A program made the translations under genes and the position numbers. A stretch of 64,000 nucleotides of DNA, taken from positions 66,287-130,286 of the forward strand of contig CAZRCI010000005.1 in assembly GCA_964598535.1 (NCBI GenBank). The letters are read 5' to 3'. This document shows, in pieces, positions 51,400-60,635 of this stretch. The notes under the pieces are model-generated. The model was not told where the DNA came from, ran no database searches, and was given only the letters and a program-made list of their open reading frames with translations. Origin of the DNA: an uncultured Planctomycetaceae bacterium (GTDB lineage: Bacteria > Planctomycetota > Planctomycetia > Pirellulales > PALSA-1355). Every line of letters starts with the position of its first letter. Position 1 is the stretch's first letter.

Positions 51400-52755
51400 T
51401 TAGCGGGTCTGCCGAGTGATTTTGCCGATCGCGTAGTGCGGGGCAAAACCGCCGGCCGACGCCCCATCGACCAGGGTTCCTTGGACTTCGACGAGCTCAC
51501 CCGGCTTCAGATCGTTCAGAGCAGGGGAGTGGACCAAGATGACGCTGCCGCCGTACCGGTCTGTCTGACCGTCGATAGGGATGTATCGTAACTTCCATTG
51601 CCGCTGCGAATTGGAGTATTCGAGCCGGCCGCGGAGCGTGCGGTAGTCGGGAGTGTGGCCAAACGTCGCGCTCGCCGCGCCGGAAGCCGCCGGCTGAAAC
51701 GCCGCTTGAACGACGGCGTTTGAGTGGGAAGCCTCGGGCGGGGATACGAACTTTGCGACATTGCCGTTGCTAGACGCCGTGGACACGGCCAGGTTCTGTC
51801 CCGACGCCGGAGCGTTTTCGACCGTCGTGCGAACCGTGGGCGTGGCCGCGCCCGCGGTGATCCGCAGCACGGAAGAATTGCTCGGCGGTTCGAAGGGCAT
51901 CTTGGGAGCGAGCGCTACCTGCGATGTGGGAGACGACGCTACGAGCGGTGAAGTAGTCGGAGGCGAGGACTCGCCAACGATGCGCAACGAGTTTCCTTCA
52001 GCATGCGGGGTAACTGAGAACGGTCCAGGCGGGTCGCCCCGGCTCGTACCCAGACTGAGACGCGTCGGAGCGGTGACCGGCGGTTCCAAGGGCTTGGAGA
52101 CAGGCTGGCGCGGAAGCGGGCTGGCTTGAGCAAGCGGTTGCGCGACCGGAGGCGCGGCCGCTGACGGCGAGGGATCGGGGCGGAGTGCCCTAGGTTCTTG
52201 GGACGCCACGCCGGTCTCGCTGGCCTTCGCCGTCACATAGGGATTTTCGATAATCGGCGCCGGCGACATTGGGCCGGAAACGCGAATCGGAGCCGGTTGA
52301 ACATAGGTTGCCTGAGTAACGCTCGCGGGGGCGCTCGCATCGCCTGGGGGCATGATGCCACCGGCCAGTCGCACCGCGTTGGCGGCAGGCACTTCTGGAG
52401 GCGGATCGTTCGAGCTTTGATGGAACAAGAAGGACCCGCCAGGGTATCGGAACTGATCGCCCTGAGGGGTCACAGTGGGCGGCGTTGCCATTGGCGCAAC
52501 GGCTGGCGGTGCAACAGGACTCACAGGAACCGGCTGCGTCGTTACGGGGGCCGGAGTGGTTACGACTGGCGCAGGCTGAGTCACCATCGGCGGTGAGATG
52601 CCCTGAGCATACGGTTGGCCCGGAGTGACCAGTACGCCCGAGGACGTGGTTGGCGGAGTGACCGTGGTTCGCAAGAACGGGTTCGTCGCCGGCTGATTCG
52701 ATTGGCAACTTGCCAATGTGGCGGCGGTCAGTAGGACCACCCAGTACCGCTTCAT
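51400..52755 (-). CDS. Pro/Thr/Val-rich lipoprotein with a globular C-terminal domain
   Basis: Start MKRYWVVLLTAATLASC (lipobox LASC). About 350 aa of P/A/S/T/V-rich low complexity, then a ~90-aa conserved-looking domain (LRGRLEYSNSQRQWKLRYIPIDGQTDRYGGSVILV). Confidence 0.7.
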   Translation of the reverse strand: MKRYWVVLLTAATLASCQSNQPATNPFLRTTVTPPTTSSGVLVTPGQPYAQGISPPMVTQPAPVVTTPAPVTTQPVPVSPVAPPAVAPMATPPTVTPQGDQFRYPGGSFLFHQSSNDPPPEVPAANAVRLAGGIMPPGDASAPASVTQATYVQPAPIRVSGPMSPAPIIENPYVTAKASETGVASQEPRALRPDPSPSAAAPPVAQPLAQASPLPRQPVSKPLEPPVTAPTRLSLGTSRGDPPGPFSVTPHAEGNSLRIVGESSPPTTSPLVASSPTSQVALAPKMPFEPPSNSSVLRITAGAATPTVRTTVENAPASGQNLAVSTASSNGNVAKFVSPPEASHSNAVVQAAFQPAASGAASATFGHTPDYRTLRGRLEYSNSQRQWKLRYIPIDGQTDRYGGSVILVHSPALNDLKPGELVEVQGTLVDGASAGGFAPHYAIGKITRQTR

Positions 52756-53013
52756 CGGACGAACTCCTTTTCGTCGAGGTGTGCGGCTGCTAACCAATAG
52801 GCGATCGGTCGTGAGGAGCCCTTGTGCAAACCCTCACGGCCGAAATAGATGCGCAACCGACTTATTCGATCGAACGTGTGAACACACGGAAGGACAGGGA
52901 TCTTCCCCCTGCGCATAGGCAGGGGGCGAATAGAATAGCGAATGGCGTGGGTTGGTCCAGAGCGGTTTTAGTGGCGCGGACCGCCGCCCCGTGGACCGCG
53001 ATCGCGCCCGATG

Positions 53014-53463
53014 CTACTTGCTGCTAGCAGTTTGGGCTGCCTGGACAAACGGATTGTAGTAGATCCGCGGCAGACTCGCCGTATGATCGACCGGCGCGGC
53101 GACCGGAGCCGGAGTGGCCGTTTGCTTATTTTCCGGTGCCGAGGCGGGCGTCGTCACCGGTTCGACAAACGGGTTCTGGTACTCGACGGATGCCATCTTG
53201 GGTGCGGCTGCGGGAGTTATCGTTCCCGGCGGATAGGCAAACGGGCTATAGCCGTAGGTGCGCGCGACAGGATAGCTATAGTAGACCGGAGGAAACATCG
53301 AGTAATACGGCACGCGGTAGACATTGGCATACGAGCGCGAGCCATAGTTGAAAAAGCCCAACCCGTAGCCCCCCGCACCAAATTGAGCCGCCGCTTCGGA
53401 AGTCTGCAAACTCATTGCCAGAAGCACGCCACAACCGATCCACAGACTTGCTCGACGAAACAT
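53014..53463 (-). CDS. Small exported Tyr/Pro/Gly-rich protein
   Basis: 149 aa with signal peptide MFRRASLWIGCGVLLAMSLQTSEAAA. It contains 15 Tyr, 12 of them within about 45 residues. Confidence 0.65.
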   Translation of the reverse strand: MFRRASLWIGCGVLLAMSLQTSEAAAQFGAGGYGLGFFNYGSRSYANVYRVPYYSMFPPVYYSYPVARTYGYSPFAYPPGTITPAAAPKMASVEYQNPFVEPVTTPASAPENKQTATPAPVAAPVDHTASLPRIYYNPFVQAAQTASSK

Positions 53464-53565
53464 GACACGCGACCTCGCATGACGAAGCGGATAAATGGTC
53501 TACCTTTCGTGCAGGGTATTTAGCGGGTTTGGGTATTGCAATCGTTAAAATAGGAAAAACAGGAT

Positions 53566-53832
53566 CTATTTTTCTGCTGGCTCGGGATTCGAGGAGTTTG
53601 TATCGGGCTGGGCGGGTTTGCCGCCAACTGGTGGAGTGTCCGCGGTTTGTGGGGCTGGGGAGGGGGATTCAGTGGACGGCTGGAGCTCGGGCAGCGGATA
53701 AGGCTGATTCAGGTGGGCTGGAACCTCATGGATAAGCTTGCCGTATTTCGGATTATCGAGCGAGGGTTCGCCGCAGCCAGTCACCATCAAGAGTGAAACG
53801 GCCGCGATACGCGCGGAACTGCTGGCCACCAT
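53566..53832 (-). CDS. Small Pro-rich lipoprotein
   Basis: Start taken at MVASSSARIAAVSLLMVTGC (lipobox VTGC), giving 88 aa. The longer ORF-track start would overlap queG. Confidence 0.55.
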   Translation of the reverse strand: MVASSSARIAAVSLLMVTGCGEPSLDNPKYGKLIHEVPAHLNQPYPLPELQPSTESPSPAPQTADTPPVGGKPAQPDTNSSNPEPAEK

Positions 53833-53907
53833 ATTCGGGCATTCCTCTGCTGGTTGCGAAAAGTGCATTGGATTCAACAAGACTAAGCCCGGAACGCACG
53901 GCGACCG

Positions 53908-55050
53908 ATGTCCGATCAAACGCTTACCTCCGCGCTCAAAGCCGAAGCCAAGCAGCTTGGTTTCACGCTAGCCGGGGTGTGCGCGGCGGTCGAGCCGGCG
54001 GGAATCAGCCGTTTTGGCGAGTGGCTCGCCGCGGGTTATGCGGGCGAGATGCACTATCTCTCGGGACGCGCCACGGCGTATTCGCATCCGCGTTACGTTC
54101 TGGACGGTGCGCGAAGTATCGTCATGCTTGGCTTTCCGTATCGTACTTGCGAGCCCATGGTCGCTCAACCGGCGCAAGGGCGCGTGGCCCGTTACGCTTG
54201 GGGAGCAGACTATCACGACATATTGTGGCAGAAGCTGAAGACGCTGGAGCGGTACTTGCTGGCGCGAGCGCCCCAGGCGGCGGTGCGCACGGTCGTCGAT
54301 ACCGCGCCGCTCTTGGAGCGCGAGTTCGCGCAGCTTGCGGGGGTCGGTTGGATCGGCAAGAACACCTTGCTTCTCAATAAACATGAGGGAAGTTATTTCT
54401 TCCTGGCGGCGTTGCTCACCAGCCTGGAATTGGAGGCCGATGTGCGGCACGAGGCCGAGCATTGCGGCACATGCCGGGCATGTCTCGATGCGTGTCCGAC
54501 AGATGCGTTTGTCGCGCCTTACGTACTCGACGCGCGGCGGTGTATCAGCTATCTGACAATCGAGCTCAAGTCGCCCATTCCAACCGAACTGCGTACCGGC
54601 CTGCAAGATTGGGTGTTTGGCTGTGACGTGTGCCAGGAGGTTTGCCCCTGGAATCATAAGCCGCGGACAACCGCGGAACCGTCGCTTCGGCCTCGCGATG
54701 AAACGACGCTCGACCTGGTTCAACTGTTCTCACTCGATGAAGCAGCATTCCGCGCGAAGTTTCGCGACACTCCGCTATGGCGGCCCAAACGCCGCGGTAT
54801 CCTTCGCAATGCAGCGATTGTACTCGGAAATCAGCGAGCGGCCGAAGCGATTCCAGCGCTCATGCGTGGACTCGACGATGACGAGCCATTGGTGCGCGGG
54901 GCGTGCGCGTGGGCATTGGGGCGATTTCACGAACCATCCGCAATCGCCGCGCTGCGTGTACGATTCGACGTCGAACGAGACGCGGCCGTGCATGCAGAAA
55001 TCGCCGCGGCGCTCGGACTCGCGTTGCCGAGCTCGCTGGAAGGAGAGTAA
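53908..55050 (+). CDS. queG: Epoxyqueuosine reductase
   Basis: 380 aa with Fe-S motifs CGTCRACLDACPTDAF and CDVCQEVCPWN, plus C-terminal HEAT-like repeats (DDDEPLVRGACAWALGRF). Confidence 0.93.
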   Translation: MSDQTLTSALKAEAKQLGFTLAGVCAAVEPAGISRFGEWLAAGYAGEMHYLSGRATAYSHPRYVLDGARSIVMLGFPYRTCEPMVAQPAQGRVARYAWGADYHDILWQKLKTLERYLLARAPQAAVRTVVDTAPLLEREFAQLAGVGWIGKNTLLLNKHEGSYFFLAALLTSLELEADVRHEAEHCGTCRACLDACPTDAFVAPYVLDARRCISYLTIELKSPIPTELRTGLQDWVFGCDVCQEVCPWNHKPRTTAEPSLRPRDETTLDLVQLFSLDEAAFRAKFRDTPLWRPKRRGILRNAAIVLGNQRAAEAIPALMRGLDDDEPLVRGACAWALGRFHEPSAIAALRVRFDVERDAAVHAEIAAALGLALPSSLEGE

Positions 55051-55149
55051 GCCGTTGGCCGCGGCACGCTCAAGTGTCGAATCGCATCTTTCGCGGCGGC
55101 AAACCGCAAGCGACAGGGCGATTGTCTAGGCGGTCCTTGACCGGGGCGC

Positions 55150-55155
55150 TATAAT
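55150..55155 (+). promoter_or_regulatory. Perfect TATAAT hexamer upstream of rnk (candidate -10)
   Basis: TATAAT lies 154 nt upstream of the rnk ATG. No good -35 at 17 nt (TTGACC lies only 7 nt upstream). The leader can form a nested hairpin (TGTCTC...TACTCG...CGAGTA...GAGACA). Confidence 0.3.
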
Positions 55156-55308
55156 GAGGTGGCTCGCATTTTCTCTCGCACGCTGTCTCCTTACAGGTAC
55201 TCGCGAGGCAACGAGTATTCGAGACACGTCTCCCTCGGCGCCCACTGGATGGGAACGCTCCACGAGTTTTACGGATAAACCAAGCAGGACATTAAGGAAT
55301 CTATCGTC

Positions 55309-55722
55309 ATGACTCGCAAGATCGTGGTAACCGACAATGACCGTCGACGCTTGGGCACGCTGCTGGATAAATCCGCACGCGACGCGCTGGTTGACCAGCG
55401 TTACCTCTACGATCTCGGGCAGGAACTCGAACGAGCCGAAGTCGTCGAGCCGCAGAATGTGCCCGCCGATGTGATCACCATGAACTCGACGATTCGGGTG
55501 CGCGATTTGGATGGCGGCGACATCGAAGAATACACGCTCGTCTATCCCGAGCGCGCGGATGTCGAGGAGAATCGAATCTCGATTCTGTCGCCCGTGGGAA
55601 CCGCGCTCATCGGCTATCGCAAGGGAGACACGATCGAGTGGCCGGTGCCGGCGGGTAAGGTGCATCTGAAAATCGAGGAAGTCCTCTACCAGCCGGAGCG
55701 CGAGGGCGATTTCGATCGGTAA
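55309..55722 (+). CDS. rnk: GreA/GreB-family regulator Rnk (nucleoside diphosphate kinase regulator-like)
   Basis: 137 aa. It has a GreA/B C-terminal-domain pattern (VTMNSTIRVRDLDGG...ISILSPVGTALIGYRKGDTIEW) with a short N-terminal coiled region. Confidence 0.88.
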   Translation: MTRKIVVTDNDRRRLGTLLDKSARDALVDQRYLYDLGQELERAEVVEPQNVPADVITMNSTIRVRDLDGGDIEEYTLVYPERADVEENRISILSPVGTALIGYRKGDTIEWPVPAGKVHLKIEEVLYQPEREGDFDR

Positions 55723-55833
55723 CGGAATCTCGCTCCGTTTGTTTGGCCGCGGTAGGCGCGGTGGAGCTGTGCCACGCGTTTTGACGCCGAGGCGAACCAG
55801 CGGCGCCCCGCTGGGGCCGGAGCGAGTCGCGTC

Positions 55834-55887
55834 CACACGCCGACTGCTACCCACACGCCGACTGTTACCCACACGCCGACTGTGGCC
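55834..55887. repeat. 18-bp tandem repeat x3 in the rnk/esterase convergent spacer
   Basis: CACACGCCGACTGCTACC, CACACGCCGACTGTTACC and CACACGCCGACTGTGGCC are contiguous. Confidence 0.85.
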
Positions 55888-55963
55888 GCGGGCGAGAGTG
55901 CCGCAGGCAGCGTCCATGCGGGCCCCCCGCGGACGCCAACTTGAGGGCTCTCTCGGCAAGCCG

Positions 55964-56839
55964 CTACTTGGCGGCTTTAAGGTGTTCGTCGAAGAAATTG
56001 AGCGTGGCTTGGATGGTGCGTTCCATTTCCTGGCCGGCCCAGCCGTGTCCGGCTCCGAGCAGCAACTCCACGCGGCCCGGGACTTCGGCCCGGGTAAGTG
56101 CGTCGACGATGATATAAGCCTGATCGTGTGAGACGAGCGGATCCTTCGTGCCAAAGAAGCAGAGCAGGGGGGCATCGCCTTTGGAGATGTACGTCAGCGG
56201 CGAGGCCGTTTTGAGTTCTTCCTGCTTTTCCTTCGGATCGGCGCCGAGCCAGGCCGTGAGGATATGCGTTTGAGCGGGCGTGTAGTTGTCTCGCGGCAGA
56301 TGGACCGGACCAACGAAGTTCACCACGGCCTGCACCTTACTCGATTGTTCGGAGTTGCCGCCATCGCCTTCCATCCCATCGGCTGAGTCCATGAGGCCGA
56401 GCATCATCGAGAGATGGCCGCCAGCCGATCCGCCCACCGCGCCGATGTACTCCGGATCGATGTTCAATTCCTTGGCATTCGCACGCAGATAGCGAACGGC
56501 CGCCTTGGCGTCTTCGATCTGGGCAGGAAAACGATGCTTGGGCGCTAAGCGGTAACTGATCGTTGCGGCCACAAAGCCGTGCTCGGCCAGCCGCTCCGCC
56601 AATTGAGCCATGTCTTGCCGTTTGCCCGCCATCCAGCCGCCACCGTGAATCACGACGATTGCCGGCACCGGGTGATCCAGCCCTTGGGGAGAATAGAGGT
56701 CGAGTTCGAGCCGATGATCGCTGACAGTCGCGTAGGCGACGTCCTTTTGGGATTCAATTGCCGCTTTTTCTTCAGCGTGTAAATTCGCACACGAGGCCAC
56801 GGCAATCACGAATGTTCCGAGTAGAAGAAGCCGATGCAT
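55964..56839 (-). CDS. Alpha/beta-hydrolase lipoprotein (esterase/lipase, HGGG type)
   Basis: Lipobox VASC in the signal peptide, oxyanion motif VIHGGGW and nucleophile elbow GGSAGG. Confidence 0.88.
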   Translation of the reverse strand: MHRLLLLGTFVIAVASCANLHAEEKAAIESQKDVAYATVSDHRLELDLYSPQGLDHPVPAIVVIHGGGWMAGKRQDMAQLAERLAEHGFVAATISYRLAPKHRFPAQIEDAKAAVRYLRANAKELNIDPEYIGAVGGSAGGHLSMMLGLMDSADGMEGDGGNSEQSSKVQAVVNFVGPVHLPRDNYTPAQTHILTAWLGADPKEKQEELKTASPLTYISKGDAPLLCFFGTKDPLVSHDQAYIIVDALTRAEVPGRVELLLGAGHGWAGQEMERTIQATLNFFDEHLKAAK

Positions 56840-57068
56840 GGCGTAAACTCCCTGGCCGATGACTGAAGCGGTGAAGAATGTCCTGGATGGCGAGAGGCGT
56901 AACGGTCGGGCCTTATTCTACGTCGCTGCGCAACGCGTTGCGAGGTCGCGAATCGAAATTTGGACGCTAGGTTGGGAGTGCGCCACGTTTGGACTACGGC
57001 AGGGCCCGGGCGGCGGGTAAAATTCACGCTTTCCGATGGGATTTTGAGGCGGTTGGCCACCGGTTGCC

Positions 57069-57551
57069 ATGTTCGACGGTTTCTTGGGGACACGAGCTTC
57101 GTTGATGCTCGACCTGGTCGCGCTATCGATGGTGGCCGTGGTGCCGGTGCTGGCGTACAGCATTTATCTGGTGCGCGTGCAGCGAAACTACGCGTTGCAC
57201 AAACGGATTCAGTTGACGTTGGGCACCGTACTATTGGTTGCCGTAACGCTGTTTGAAATCGATATCCGCTTGTATGGCTGGCGGCATCGCGCCGTGGACT
57301 CGGCGTTTGCCGGCGTCGGGGGCGAGACCAACTGGGTGATGATCTCGCTTGCGATCCATCTATTCTTTGCAATCACCACGACCGTGCTGTGGAGCGTGGT
57401 GATTGCCCGCGCATGGCGAAACTTTCCGAATCCACCCGTTCCCGGGCCGCACAGCGCCTGGCATGTGAAATGGGCGCGGCTGGCGGCCATCGACATGACC
57501 TGTACGGCGGTAACCGGCTGGGTGTTTTACTATCTGGCGTTCGTGGCCTGA
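57069..57551 (+). CDS. DUF420-like membrane protein
   Basis: 160 aa with four hydrophobic helices. The sequence pattern is consistent with the DUF420 family (recognition by eye only). Confidence 0.75.
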   Translation: MFDGFLGTRASLMLDLVALSMVAVVPVLAYSIYLVRVQRNYALHKRIQLTLGTVLLVAVTLFEIDIRLYGWRHRAVDSAFAGVGGETNWVMISLAIHLFFAITTTVLWSVVIARAWRNFPNPPVPGPHSAWHVKWARLAAIDMTCTAVTGWVFYYLAFVA

Positions 57552-57683
57552 CTCCGAGTCCCCGCCCCTTGATAGCGGCGCCTTGCAGTCAGGGGCCGAG
57601 GTAAGCCCGCGCGGCTCACCTTCATGGATGGCGCGGAATGCTATTGGTCGATTTGCGTGCTGGCAGCTATATCTTCGGCTGTC

Positions 57684-58769
57684 ATGAAACAGCCAGAGAT
57701 AGCGCTTTTGATCTCGACGTACCAGCGGTCGGCGCATTTGCGGCGGGCGCTCGAATCGATTGCTCTTCAGCGTGAGGTCGACGGGTTGTTAGAGGTCGTG
57801 GTGACCGACGACGGTTCGACCGACGAAACGGCCGAGATCGTGGCTGAATTTGCCCGGCGGACGCCATTTCGCGTGGGTTTCACGACTCATCCCCACGGTG
57901 GATTCCAACTGGCAAAGTGTCGCAACGAAGGCGCTCGGGCAAGCACGGCGCCATACTTGCTATTTCTCGACGGCGACTGCGTGCTGCCTCGCGATCACGT
58001 GCGGAAGCATCTCGATCATCGGCGTCCGAACACGGTGATGGCCGGCGACTGTGCCCGGCTGGAAGAAGAACCATCTTCGCGCGTCACGTTGGAGATTGTG
58101 CGGGGCGGAGCATTCGCCGAGTGGGCCCCGGCCAACGAGCTTAAACGGCTGCGAAAAGCCGATCGCAGCTCGCGATTCTATCAGTTGATTCGACACCCGA
58201 CGAAGCCGAAGCTGATCGGCAACAACGTCGGCATCTGGCGGCGCGACTACGAACGCGTCAACGGTTACGATGAGAACTATGTCGGCTGGGGCTGCGAGGA
58301 CGACGACCTGCGTCATCGGTTGCGCCGGGCAGGGATAAAGATCGCTTCGATCCTGCGGTGGACGCACACGTACCACCTCTGGCATCCCAATGTGGCGAGC
58401 ATGCCCGCCAATTGGAAAGACGGACAGAACGTCCGCTACCTGTTGCGTAACGGGCGGTTGACCCAATGTCGCGACGGTCTCAAGAAGCGCAGCCTCGATG
58501 ATCTGGCGATTCGCGTGGTCGGAAGCCCGGCCGCGGGGCATCCGGTGGCCGAGTGGCTGCAGCGCCGATTCGACCGTGGCACGAGCGGTCCGCGGCCGGA
58601 AGTCGAGATCCTGATGCTGCCAGGATCGGGGGCATTCAGCGGGCGAGCCGACTGCAATGTGCTGATAGCAGTCGATCCGGCACAGACCAAGGCCGTGAAG
58701 AACGCGCACCTGGTGTTGCATCCGAGGTGCGGCGAGGAAGTCGAGCAGGCGCTCGCCGCTGTGGCGTAG
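57684..58769 (+). CDS. Family-2 glycosyltransferase
   Basis: Start taken at MKQPEIALLISTYQRSAHLRRALESIALQ. DxD region VVVTDDGSTDET and LFLDGDC. Confidence 0.85.
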   Translation: MKQPEIALLISTYQRSAHLRRALESIALQREVDGLLEVVVTDDGSTDETAEIVAEFARRTPFRVGFTTHPHGGFQLAKCRNEGARASTAPYLLFLDGDCVLPRDHVRKHLDHRRPNTVMAGDCARLEEEPSSRVTLEIVRGGAFAEWAPANELKRLRKADRSSRFYQLIRHPTKPKLIGNNVGIWRRDYERVNGYDENYVGWGCEDDDLRHRLRRAGIKIASILRWTHTYHLWHPNVASMPANWKDGQNVRYLLRNGRLTQCRDGLKKRSLDDLAIRVVGSPAAGHPVAEWLQRRFDRGTSGPRPEVEILMLPGSGAFSGRADCNVLIAVDPAQTKAVKNAHLVLHPRCGEEVEQALAAVA

Positions 58770-59002
58770 CCGTTCACGATCTAATTCCCTCCCTCGCGGC
58801 GCATCGCCCGTTTTCCGCGAGTGAAATGTTTTGTGACGCCCAGTAACTTCGTGTCGCAAAAACTCCTCTTGCTCCAATCGGTTGTGAAGGCTGATAATCG
58901 CGCCGCGTGCGCGGGGCCGCTCTTGCGAGAGTGGTCGGTATGCGCGCCCGTGGAATGGGAAGTCCACGGAGATGCTTCGCATTTCAAGGTCAAGGAAGTC
59001 CT

Positions 59003-60529
59003 ATGTGCCCCAAGAGCCTGGCGTATACGCTCGACGGTCTCGGCCGGCCGCGGCTGCTGGTCGTTGGCGACCTGATGCTCGATCGTTACACGTGGGGAGA
59101 CGCGCAGCGAATTAGCCAAGAGGCTCCGGTAATCGTGCTGCGTGCCGATCGTAGCGAATCGCGGCCTGGCGGCGCGGCAAATGTGGCGAACATGCTGCTG
59201 GCGCTCGAGGCCGATGTGACTTGCGCCGGCATCGTCGGTAGTGACGGCGCGGGCGACGAGCTGCGAGCGCTGCTGCAAATGAGCGGGGCGAATATCGAGG
59301 GAGTTCTGACCGACTCGAGCCGGCCCACTTCGGTCAAGCAGCGATTTGTCGGGCGAGCCGATACGCGGCATAGCAGCCAGATTCTACGGGTTGACCATGA
59401 GAGTTGCGCCGAGTTGGACGAGCAACTTGAAGCCCAACTGATCGAATACATTGAAACACAGCTTCCCTGGCACGACGCGCTATTGATTTCGGACTATGGC
59501 AAGGGGGTATGCACCGAGCGCGTGTTGCGGGCCGCGATCGACGCGGCCAACCTGGTGCAGATTCCGGTGATCGTCGATCCTAGTCCGATTTGCGAGCTGG
59601 AGCGGTACCGTGGCGTGACGGTCATCAAGCCGAATCGGCGCGAAGCGGAGCACGCCACGGGTGTGAAGATTGCCACGGCTGGCGATGCCTTGGTCGCTGG
59701 TCGGCAACTGTGCAAGCGACTGGATGCCAAGATGGCGCTGCTGACGCTCGACCGCGACGGCATGCTGCTCGTGGAACAAAGCGGGCAAGGTGACATCTAC
59801 CCCACGCAAGCCCGAGGGGTATACGACATCACGGGCGCGGGAGACATGGTGCTGGCGACGGTGGGCCTGTGCCTGGCGGCGGGCACTGTGCCTGAAGATG
59901 CCGTTCGGCTGGCGAATATTACTGCCGGGCTCGAAGTGGAGCGGACTGGTGTCGCGGTAATCTATCGCGACGAGATTCGCGCGAAGCTGGCGAGCATGGC
60001 CTTTGGTACCGCGGCCAAGGTTGTGGGACGCGAGCAGGCTGCCCGAATCGCCGAGGAACATCGCCGTCGGGGTGAAACGATCGTGCTCACCAACGGCTGC
60101 TTCGACCTGCTGCATGTAGGGCACGTGAGCTATCTGACCGAAGCGGCCAAGCTGGGGTCGACCTTGATCGTAGGCGTCAACAGCGACGCCAGCGTGCGGC
60201 GGTTGAAGGGGGCCAGCCGGCCCGTGATCGCCGAGGCAGATCGGGCGGCAATGCTCGCCGCGCTCGGTTGTGTGGGATATGTCGTCGTCTTTGATGAAGA
60301 TACGCCGCACCGCTTGCTCGAAGCAATTCGTCCCGACGTCTTGGTCAAGGGTGGAACCTATCAACCCCATGAGGTCGTGGGGCACGAACTCGTGACTGCC
60401 TATGGCGGTCGAGTGTGCGTAACGGGGTTTGTCGAGGGCGTCTCCACCAGCACGATTCTGGAATCGCTGCGAAGCGAGACAAAGACGCAGCCGGAACCGA
60501 CGACCCGTCCGCTGCGCCGTGCAGGTTAG
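59003..60529 (+). CDS. hldE: Bifunctional D-beta-D-heptose 7-phosphate kinase / heptose 1-phosphate adenylyltransferase
   Basis: N-terminal ribokinase-like domain (LVVGDLMLDRY...TGAGDMV) and C-terminal cytidylyltransferase domain (LTNGCFDLLHVGHVSYL). Start at ATG 59003. Confidence 0.93.
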   Translation: MCPKSLAYTLDGLGRPRLLVVGDLMLDRYTWGDAQRISQEAPVIVLRADRSESRPGGAANVANMLLALEADVTCAGIVGSDGAGDELRALLQMSGANIEGVLTDSSRPTSVKQRFVGRADTRHSSQILRVDHESCAELDEQLEAQLIEYIETQLPWHDALLISDYGKGVCTERVLRAAIDAANLVQIPVIVDPSPICELERYRGVTVIKPNRREAEHATGVKIATAGDALVAGRQLCKRLDAKMALLTLDRDGMLLVEQSGQGDIYPTQARGVYDITGAGDMVLATVGLCLAAGTVPEDAVRLANITAGLEVERTGVAVIYRDEIRAKLASMAFGTAAKVVGREQAARIAEEHRRRGETIVLTNGCFDLLHVGHVSYLTEAAKLGSTLIVGVNSDASVRRLKGASRPVIAEADRAAMLAALGCVGYVVVFDEDTPHRLLEAIRPDVLVKGGTYQPHEVVGHELVTAYGGRVCVTGFVEGVSTSTILESLRSETKTQPEPTTRPLRRAG

Positions 60530-60635
60530 AGCCTTGTCAACCGAGGTATTCAGGGGGCTGGCGTTCTAGATCCAAGGCACCGCTGGACAAGCCAGTCGCG
60601 GCTCCCAAATTTTTTGGTTCTGCCAAAGCATTGCC

